From assembly GCF_009914755.1 (NCBI RefSeq), contig NC_060938.1: a stretch of 64,000 bases of DNA; one strand, 5' to 3'. The first letter of the stretch is position 1, and the number at the start of each line of letters is the position of its first letter. The position numbers were made by a program, and so were the translations under genes. The notes under the pieces were generated by a model. That model saw only the letters and a list, made by a program, of their open reading frames with translations, had not been told where the DNA came from and made no database searches. Below, in pieces: positions 53,078 through 64,000 of the stretch. The DNA is from the human T2T-CHM13v2.0 reference genome, Homo sapiens.

Positions 53078-54537
53078 TCAAAATTCATAGAATTGTATAC
53101 CCAAAAAGGGACGAAATTTACTGTAAGTTTTACCAACAAATCTGATCACTGCCCCCTACTTCCCTCACAAAATGTCAGTGATGTTACAGCAGTATTTCTG
53201 AAATAATTGATGAAACTTTTCATATATATATTGGATTTCATATATATGAAATATACATATATTTCATATATATATAATGTATATATATATATATTTTTTG
53301 AGACAGAGTCTCACTGTGTTGCCCAGGCTGGAGTGCAGTGGTGCGATCTTGGCTCACTGCAACCCTTGCCTCTGGGTTCAAGTGATTCTCCTGCCGCAGC
53401 CTCCCAAGTAGCTGGGATTACAGGCATGTGCCACCTCGCCCAGCTAAATTTTGTATTTTTAGTAGAGACGAGGTTTCACCATGTTGGCCAGGCTGGTCTC
53501 GATCTCCTGACCTCAAACGATCCACCCACCTCGGCCTACCAAAATATAGGGATTACAAGTGTGAGCCACTGCACCCGGCCTGATGACACTTTTCTGTAAA
53601 AGTAACTTACAGAATCAGATTTTTTATACAATGAAATATGCTTTGTGTTAGCAGTCGTATGCCTTCTAGAATTTTATTTTGTGTTTATATATAAAATATG
53701 GTTTTTTTTTCTTTTTTAAAGACAGAGTCTCACTCTGCTACCTGGGCTAGAGTGCAGTGGTGTGATCACAACTCACTGTAACCTGAACTCCTGGGCTCAA
53801 ATGATCCTTCTGTCTCAGCCTCCCAAGTAGCGGGGACCATAGGCACGTGCCAACATGCCTGGCTAATAAAAAAAATTTTTTTGTAGAGACATGATCTCAC
53901 AATGTTGCCCAGGCTGGTCTTGTAAAGTATCATTTTATGTTAATAGCATTTTATATATTTAATATCATTTAATTTCTTCTAACCTTCTGTTTTCTATTAC
54001 CCTTTCAGTTGGCAAGGATATAATGTCCTCAAAGCTGCTTTGAACCCTTTGTGAGGGGAGACTATAATATGAACTTACAGAGCTGATTATTGTCGCAATA
54101 ATTTTATAGAATGTTCCATTCCATTGTTTTATAATAGAATAAGCAATACACACAGTGCAACAGATTTCTGTTTAGATCTTTATGGATTCTTCTTTGAACT
54201 CTCTGCATGTTTACTGCATCATCCCTGAGCCTGCTATGGTGCACAGTAAAGAATGTATCTACTGAGGACATGTTTTTAAAAATTATGCAGATTTTAAAAT
54301 GTTTCCTGTCAAACTGGATGCAGCATGAGGGAGATGTTAGTATGGACTCTTTTCCCATCCGTCAAATAATCTCGCTATGGTGGGTTGAGAGTGAATCTGC
54401 AGAGAGTGAAAGCATGCGTTAAGTAAGGTGCAAGCTGACCTAAGCACAGCTAGCGGGAAGGACACTGACTTGTCCTAAGGGAGGTCCATTCTTTAGCCTG
54501 GCGCTGATGTGAGGTGTAACCAGACTTTCTCTGCCAG

Positions 54538-54695
54538 GGGCTCTGTAACTCCCAGCTGGTGTTGGAGGAGCCATCTTCCATTGTGCAGCTGGATTATAGC
54601 CAGAAAGTGCTGCTGGTCTCTACTCTGCAAAGAAGTCTGCTCTTTTACACTGAAGAAAAGTCTGTAAGGCAAATTGGAACACAACCAAGGAAAAG
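54538..54695 (+). CDS. TECPR2: TECPR2 exon 5, GLCNSQLVLEEPSSIVQLDYSQKVLLVSTLQRSLLFYTEEKSVRQIGTQPRK
   Basis: Acceptor actttctctgccag|, donor AAG|gtaagt, 158 nt, open in the exon 4 frame, ends in phase 2. Confidence 0.94.
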
Positions 54696-56042
54696 GTAAG
54701 TTTCACAAGTTTGCCAGTTTGGCCTAAATGCTGGGCCTTGTTGTAGAAGGTGCTTTAGGGTTTCTTAGGTCTCCTGTTTGCCGGAGACCTCCTGTTTGCA
54801 AACCCACAGCGCCTCTAAGCCTGGGGTTCCTGGTGGGGCCCTGTGCCTGCTTAGGATTTCTCCTCCCAGAGGCAGACAAGAAGAGTGTGTTCTTCTTGTC
54901 GCAGAGCTGTAGGAGCCTGCACACACAGCCACTCTGCCTCTCAGGGTGCCACAGTCAGCGCAGAGAAGCCTCAGGGGTGGCCTGGTCTATCTGTTCCTTG
55001 TGGAGCCACCTCCTCCACACAGCCCTGGTGAGGGGTCAGGGTTGTGGGGCTCACTCGTTATTCAGCACGTGTTTACCATGCACCCCTGTGCACTGTGGCA
55101 GGCTCAGCAGTGACATGGTAAACACGGCAGATCTGAGCCCTCCGTTGTGGAAATGGAAACACAGATAGAACACTTGTTGACCACTGTGTCAGCTGCTGTG
55201 GACCAAAATACACAGGATGCTGTGTGAGTTTAGACACACTTTTGTCCAGGTGAAGGGTCAGGGAAGACATCCTGAAGGCATGGGTTCCAGGTTGAGAGAT
55301 CATTCCTCCTTTGACCAGTGATGTGGAGGAAGGGCATCGAGAAGTCCACCAGCCATACCAGCCGTGTGGGAAAAGACAACTGGAACACCTGGGGAACCTG
55401 TAATTCATCATCCCACCCTAGCCTGTAAAGCACTCTTGTAGGACTCTGCAGCGAGTTTGCGTGGGGATGGGGTGAGGAGGGGTAGGTAGAGCAGTGGAGC
55501 TGACCCCTCCTATGCCAAGGAGGAGGTAGACTGGGGCCAACGTGGGGGTGGGAAGCAGAGGGCGGCATTAGTACAGATCATGCGTTGATGAGTCTACAGT
55601 CATGGATTGTCGATTGGCCGATGGGAGCTGGAAGAGTTCCCGTCTTGTGTCTCCCAGGAAAGGGCACTGTTTGCCTGCATAGAATCAGGGGCAGGGCAGC
55701 TGATGGTCACGGCATGTGGGGAGGGCTTGAGGCTGGCCCTGTGGAGAGTGACAGCAGGGACTGGGAAACATGGTGAGATTGGCAGGCGTTGATGAGGCCC
55801 TGCGGCTGGTGGTGCCGTTGGGGACAGGCCGTCCTGGAGAGTCGGGTGAGGCGGAGCCAGCCCCTGTGGTCGTAGTCACTGCCCGTTATTCTGTGTTCTG
55901 GGCTTTGCGGCAACACACAAGTTTATTCTCTTTTCTGCATGGCAGCCCTCCGGCTGTTAAAAGACGCTCTCAAACCTCCCCTTTCTTCTATTTTCGATGC
56001 TGAACACCTTCTTTTTTCTTTTTCTTTTTCTTTTTTGTTTGA

Positions 56043-56147
<105 letters not shown>

Positions 56148-56158
56148 TGAGTAGCTGA

Positions 56159-56527
<369 letters not shown>

Positions 56528-56684
56528 TAAAGAGAGGCATTGAAAACCAATTACTTTACATGTGGGTCCTATTCCCAACAATCTCTCTTAAAACCTGGCC
56601 CTTGGCCGGACACAGTGGCTCACGCCTGTAATCCCAACACTTTGGGAGGCCAAGGTGGGCGGGTCACTTGAGGTCAGGAGTTCA

Positions 56685-56927
<243 letters not shown>

Positions 56928-57596
56928 TTAACCTCTTGTGTGGAGACCCAGGCAGTTTCTGTAAACCTCTCCTAGTGCGTCTGTGCAGTCAAGTCTTTAG
57001 GGAACATTGATTGAAAGCGTGCTCTGCTCCCCAGGAACGTTTTAGGATGCAGAAACAAATAAATGTGTCCCCTTCTCAGAAGGAGAGAGATTTTACTGAG
57101 CCTTGGGGAAATGAGGGCTAACAGAATAAGAGGAAATGTTTTTAACATCTGTGTCTTAAAGACTTGCTTTCTGCTGTAGACTATTGTGTGCGTCTATCCC
57201 TGGAAGCAGTGCTTCCCTCACAACTGTTTAGTGAGCGGAGCTAGGCATGTACACGTGGAGGCGTGACAGCAAGTACGGAGGCATCCAAGGAGACAAGGCC
57301 TCTGCCCTCAAACACAATGAGAGAGACTGTCGGTCAGCAGGAGGAGAGTAGAGGCTGTCAGTGCTGTAAAGGAGCGGGCTAGGTGAAGCATTAGGGAGTG
57401 CTAGGCATGGGGCAGGAAGTTGCATTTGGATAGGATGGTCAGGAAAGGCCTCTACAAGGGCAGTGATCTTTGAGCTGAAGCCTGGGAAGAGCTGCTGGAA
57501 GAGCATTCCAGGCTCAGGGAACAGCATATGCCAAGACCTCAATTGGGCAAGAGCTTAGATGTTCAAGAAGCCAGAAGTGACTAGGGCACTGGCTAT

Positions 57597-57885
57597 GGCT
57601 GGAGTCCAGGGGAGCCGTGGGGAGGCTGACACGGGAGTCCAGGGGAGCCGTGGGGAGGCTGCCATGGGAGTCCAGGGGAGCTGCGAGGAGGCTGGCACGG
57701 GAGTCCAGGGGAGCCTGGCATGGGAGTCCAGGGGAGCCGTGGGGAGGCTGCCACGGGAGTCCAGGGGAGCCGTGGGGAGGCTGGCACGGGAGTCCAGGGG
57801 AGCCACGGGGAGGCTGCTGCAGGAGTCCAGGGGAGCCGCAGGGAGGCAGGGGAGCCGCAGGGAGGCTGCCTTGGGAGTCCAGGGA
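57597..57885. repeat. G-rich minisatellite, ~9 x 33-bp unit GGGAGTCCAGGGGAGCCGTGGGGAGGCTGCCAC
   Basis: Nine GAGTCCAGGG cores. Some units are internally deleted. Confidence 0.93.
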
Positions 57886-60379
57886 AACCATTGACTGAGA
57901 TGGAGACTGGAGACTGGGGAAGGCTGGGCCAGAGGTCAGGACATCAGGACCTCTGCTGTGGACATAAGGGGTTTGACGGGCCTGTCAGGTGGCTGCGTGG
58001 GAGTCGCAGAAGAGAGTTCTGTGGACCGGTCTGGAGCCCAGGGAAGAAGTCTTGACCAGAGGGGAAAATGAGGTCACCAGATACAGGTGACACTGACACC
58101 CTGACATTGGATGAATCCACGCAGGGAATGTCTGTTCATTCAGCGCTGGAGCTTTGCGCCAAGCCTCTGCCCTGCTCCAGTACTCCTCATCGGGGGATAT
58201 CTGTGAACAAGGCAGAACAGATCTCTAATCTCAGGGAGCTGTGTGCAGAGTAGTGAACAGATAAACATGTCAGAGGGTGCAGAGCCAGAGAGGGAGGAGC
58301 AGGAGACACAGGTGTCTCTTTAATAGGATGACAGGGAAGGCTCCTCTGAGGAGGTAGCATGGGCTGATTCCTGAAACAAAGAGGCAACTAGTGCGAGAAG
58401 ACCTTAGAGAGAGGCTCTGGAGGCAGAGGGCCCTGCGCACCGAGGATCTGAGCAGCCAGGCTGGCTGTGTGGAGCACGGTGTGGGGAGCCCCCTCCCGTC
58501 GGCTTTGTGGGCCCTGCCCATGGGGCTCTTTCAGTCCAGTGCTGTGGTCAGTCACAGAGGGCTGTGGCCAAGCCAGGGAGGTCACTCTGGCTGCTGCTTG
58601 GAATATGCTGGAGGGGGCAGGTGTGGCAGCTCAGCAGGGCCAGCAAGGATTCTGGGTGATCCGGGTAGGAGAAGACAGGATGGGGCGGGGTTGGTGGTCG
58701 GACTGCTTCCAAGGCAGAGCTGGCAGATTTGCTGCCACGTTGGTTCTGAGGTGTGAGAGGGATGAGTTGGAGATGATTCCTAGGTCTGTGGTCTATGCAG
58801 CTGGGTGAGTGGACATGCTGTGGATTGACGCAGAGAATCCTGGAGGCACGGGGAGAAGGAGGAGATGGAACAGCCTGCTGTGGCCCCGCCATGTCCTCTC
58901 CCTGCAGTGGAGAGCTGGCGTGGGAGGCGGGTGGCGGGTGTACCTCTCGGGGAGCTGTGCGCTGGCAGCCACTGGCATGCAGACAGGAGCTCGCCTAGGG
59001 AGATTTGGGCAGGCTTGTGTTCTGAAGAGGAAAGGGCATCAGGAGAGAACAGGAGTTGGGGGGTCAGAGGAGTCGGAGGCCATATGGAGGGACATAGCAG
59101 CTGCTGCGAGACCGGGGGCTGAGGCAGCTTCGACGGGCCTGAGTCTGTAGCATGGAGGCTGTGCACAGCCCTCCTCATCAGCAGGGCCAAGGGATTGGAA
59201 GGGCTGAAAGAGGAGTTGACGGCGAGTATGGAGAGCTTTTAGGAGGAGTGTTTTTGTAGAAGAGAACAAAGAAAGACAAATAGGTGGTGCCCAGGGGGGA
59301 ACCATGTGGCCTGGTGGGAGTTTTGGGAGAGGGGCCGTGTGGCAGCACATTGGTGTGTGACGCGGGTGCCTGTGGAGGGAACACAGTGCTGGTGGGGACA
59401 GAGTGCAGGCGGTGGCCTCAGTTGGGCCCTCTCATGGGCAGCAGTGTAGGGTTGACCAGAAACCGGGACAGAGACTCTCTTCCAGAGAAAGGGCAGGGCA
59501 CTGAGCACAGGGCAGGTGCAGGCAGGTCAGGAGGCCCAGAGGTAGAAGACGAGGGGTCCTCTTCCCGTCGAGTCCGTGAACCTCTTCAGACCGGATGATG
59601 TGTGTTACATCCAGAAAACCTCAGAGGCCCTAGCCATCTGCAACCGTGGGTTTGCTGTCCTGTGTATTTATGTTGCATTGTTTCATGTGTCAGAGCCCTC
59701 TGCAGACCTGTTACTGTGTCCCCTGTGAGTCTAGTACTCAGGGAAGCCCTCCCTGGCAGTAGCACTTTGCCCTGGGGAAGGAGAAGGAGACGCAGCAATC
59801 TGTAGGTGTGGCGCCCGCATGTGGGTAAGAGCCAGCAGCCGGTTCTGGAACCCCGCGACTAGCACATCTGTTTGGATGGCCAGTGGGTGTTAGCTGTTGA
59901 GATCTCTGGCAGGGCTTCTGTGGATCCTTCTTCTCACTCAGCTTAGACTTTCAGGCTCCCATTTTGGGTGCTGTCAGCTTTCAGCGTATCAGCTCTGTGG
60001 CACCATACATTATGCACAAAATCATAAAACACCATTTTATAGCTAGAATTTGTTAGCCAGAACACACTCCTTACATATCAACGTGGTCTATAAAGGGAAT
60101 TAAAATTTTTTTAGGTAATCAATGAGGTTTTTGGAAATCATCTCTACCGAAATTAAGAAATTATATTAATTTGTTTATGATTTTAGAATCCTGCAATACT
60201 TAGACCTTAAAAGTTGGAGCTTCAGTGTCAAATTCAGAAAGCACCAGCAAGTACTGCAGAATCGCACTGCAAGTGGATGGTGGCTGAGTCGGGGGCTTAG
60301 GACAATTTGTACCTGGCTCTAGCTGGTTCTTCACAACTTCACTGCCTTTGACCAACCCACTCATCAGACATTTCCGTTC

Positions 60380-60671
60380 TTTTTATTTTTTAGAGACAGG
60401 GTCTTGCTGTGTCACCAAGGCTGGGGTGCAGTGGTGTGATCACAGCTCACTGCAGCCTTGAACAGCTGGGTTCAGGCGATCCTCCTCCCTCAGCCTCCCG
60501 AGTAACTAGGACTACAGGCACGCACCACCATGCCTGGCTAAATTTTTTAATTTGTAGAGATGGTGTCTCTCTAGGTCACCCAGGCTGTTGTCAAACTCCT
60601 GGGCTCAAGCAGTCCTCCCTCCTTGGCCTCCAAAAGTGCTGGGATTACAGGTGTGAGCCACCATGCCCAGC
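60380..60671 (-). mobile_element. AluJ
   Basis: Antisense diverged Alu dimer. Confidence 0.85.
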
Positions 60672-62179
60672 TATTCAGCAGTTTTAGAGGCAGCCACTCC
60701 CAGGACCTTGCTCAGCAGGGCTCCTTTCCCTTCCTCCAGGGTAAGAGTCCACCTGGTGTTCAGGACCTCGCCTTCTCATGCCCACTCAGATGCACCACCT
60801 TGATCTGAGCTCTTTGAGCAGCTCTTTGAGCCTCAGATGGCGCTTCCAGATGCTGATGTGATTGTTCACACAGGTCAGCACAGTGTTATGAGACAGGCTG
60901 AGGACCTCATCTTATTTATTTTTTATTTTACCCAGAGCATCAAACACGATGTCTTACAGAATGTAGGAATCACTAAATGTTTGTTAACATGAGTGCTTTA
61001 GTTACATAAGATGAACCAGTCAAAATGGAAATGACAAGAGATTTTTCAGAGGTCCTACAAATAGAAGGAAAACATTTAAAAATTGGATCGCCAAGAGAAA
61101 TTGATTGACAGGAAAGGCAGAGGAAGAGATTATGGGCTCCCTTGCTGGAATTCCTCTGGTTCGCTCTATTTAGAGGACATCTCCAGAACAAACCCACCAA
61201 AGGCAGTAATCAGATACGATGCTGTTGATAGAGTTGTCCATAAAAGATCCACGATGTCAAAACACCCTTGGTTCGTCCTAACGATCATTGTTTCAAAGCT
61301 GAATTTGATATATAATATCCTCCTTGGACCCTATCCAAAGGGATTTAGTTACTGAGGTGCCAGAGGGACCTAGTGAGATTCTGGTGTGCGAAGAAACCCC
61401 GCAAATAACTATCTGTTTGCCTATGTGGGTGGGCCCTGGGGGTGGCCTCTAGGGTTGGGTGTGCTGCTGTGTGCAGGGAGTGTGGGAACAGGCACAGCAC
61501 AAGTTGGCCGAGGTCTGGTGGGGAAGCAGTGGCACGGAGGCAGCTCTCAACTGTGACCTGCCTGTAGCCTCGTTCAGGACAATTGAGCACTTATGGGGAC
61601 TTAGTGTCACAAGCATTGCTTTTGTGCTGCATGTAAGTAATCTCATTAATTCCTCACTTCAGCCTTTGAGATGGGAGTTACTCTGCCTGGTTTACAGAAT
61701 GGGAAACGGGTCCAGAAAAGTTCAATAATTGCACGTACCACATACCCACTAGGTGTCAGGGCTGGACATCGAGCCCAGGGCTAGCTCTAAAACCAGTGCT
61801 GTTTCTGCTTTTCACAATCTGAGAAGTATTTGGGAGAAGGAATCAGCCAGGCATAGGGCTGAACTGAAATGCTTACATGTGAACTCTGTTAGCATCCTGA
61901 GAAATAACGAGAACTCAGATTGCCAGTGGGAGTGTAGATTGTATAATCACGTTTAAAAAGCTTGAAGTTGTCTTCTAAACTTGAATATGCTCTCAGCAAC
62001 CCAGCGATTACCCCACAGCCCACCAACTGCATCCTGAGTGTCCGTGACAGACTCTGACACCTGTGGGCTAAGGGGTATGCACAGAAATGCTCATAGCACA
62101 ATTGCTCAAAATAGCTTTAAAAAATAATAATTGAAATATCCATCAACAAGAAAATGAATAAATGAATTGTGGAATACAT

Positions 62180-62372
62180 TAAGTCCTCGTTTAATGTCAT
62201 TGATAGGTTCTTGGAAACTGCGACATTAGCAAAACAACGTATAACAAAACCAGTGTTTTTCCCTCACCAATGTTGTTGAAGGAGATGGTGTTATCTGAGG
62301 ACCTGCTCTATGTCATTTCGCTTACAGTTGTAGTTTCTAAGAACCTGTGGACGCTGAGTAGGACGTACTGTA
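62180..62372. mobile_element. Tigger-family MITE (MER82-like) inside an old L1 3' fragment
   Basis: taagtcctcgtttaatgtcattgataggttcttggaaactgcgac...gaacct...ggacgtactgta, partially palindromic. Confidence 0.55.
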
Positions 62373-62758
62373 CCATTCAGCAGTAGAAATGAATTAGTGC
62401 GACAGCTTCTTTTTATCAAGAAGGATAAATCTGAGAAACATAGTGTTAAGTGAGAAAAAGCAAAAGAGTACAATTAGCATCATACATTTTAATAAAAATG
62501 AAAGATAAACAATACTAAATTATATTGTCTTTAGAGATACATAGATATGTGATTAAACCAACAAAAAAGTGAGGAAATGATAAAGGCAAAATGCAGTCCA
62601 GTGGTTCCATCTGGGGCACAAGGGGGCAGGAAGTGTTAGGAGCACAGGAGAACATTGGTTGGGTGACTGATGATTTCTTTCCTAAGTTTGGGGATGGGTT
62701 CCCAGGTGTACCTTTCCTTGCTAGGCTTCATAACTGCATGGATATATGTACATATACA

Positions 62759-63626
<868 letters not shown>

Positions 63627-63914
63627 TATATATAGCATATTCTTTTGTTTGTGTCAGATATTTCATAATTTCAGAAAGAAAAAATATCAAGCTTGGGGGC
63701 AGGAAGGGACATTGGTGCCTCTGATGGGTTTAGAGAAATTCTGAAAAGGCAACAATATAGATGGGTTGCTGTGAAGCTCATTCATTCAGGATGTGGACTG
63801 AGCACAGCAATCAGACGTCAGAAGCAACAGAATCAGAGCAGGGAAAGGATGAGCAGACCTGGATTCTTCACCTTCTGCCTCAGTTTCCTCTCCTCCAAAA
63901 CGGGAGTTGTAATA

Positions 63915-64000
63915 CAGTCATGTGTCACCTAACAACTGGAATATATTCTGAGAAATGCATTGTTAGGTGACATCTTTGTTGTATGAACAGCATTGAGTGT
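63915..64000. mobile_element. Start of another Tigger3-like element (runs off the window)
   Basis: TA-CAGTCATGTGTCACCTAACAACTGGAATATATTCTGAGAAATGCATTGTTAGG. Confidence 0.7.

Noticed and set aside
57514-58055. ORFs in all six frames
   Set aside because: By-product of the stop-free 33-bp minisatellite.
58270-59805. Cluster of 65-136-aa ORFs in GC-rich intron 5
   Set aside because: No recognisable protein or consistent splice sites. The sequence looks like purine-rich L2-derived DNA.

Overview
Human (primate) genomic DNA containing the head-to-head CINP/TECPR2 locus. A CpG-island bidirectional promoter lies at ~2.2-3.2 kb. On the - strand are two alternative first coding exons of CINP (2440-2446 and 2169-2220). 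On the + strand is TECPR2: non-coding exon 1 ends at 2711, and coding exons 2-5 lie at 16245-16535, 47239-47367, 48389-48520 and 54538-54695. Together they encode the first ~212 residues of the N-terminal WD40 region, and the gene continues beyond the window. The introns are dense with Alus (about 60 copies or fragments), old L1/L2/MIR, MaLR LTRs and DNA-transposon fossils. Most notable: (1) a 5'-truncated SVA_F-like insertion in intron 4 carrying a 1.2-kb 3' transduction of HERV-H internal sequence plus LTR7 U3-R, inside an 18-bp TSD; (2) a 28 x 51-bp VNTR that arose in frame from an old L1 ORF1 segment and gives ~480-500-codon ORFs on both strands; (3) a 90-codon overlapping upstream ORF in TECPR2 exon 2; (4) several nested insertions. 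I see no evidence for a wholly new multi-gene system. Subfamily calls come from recalled consensus sequences and need RepeatMasker/Dfam confirmation. Repeat boundaries are approximate unless a TSD is given.
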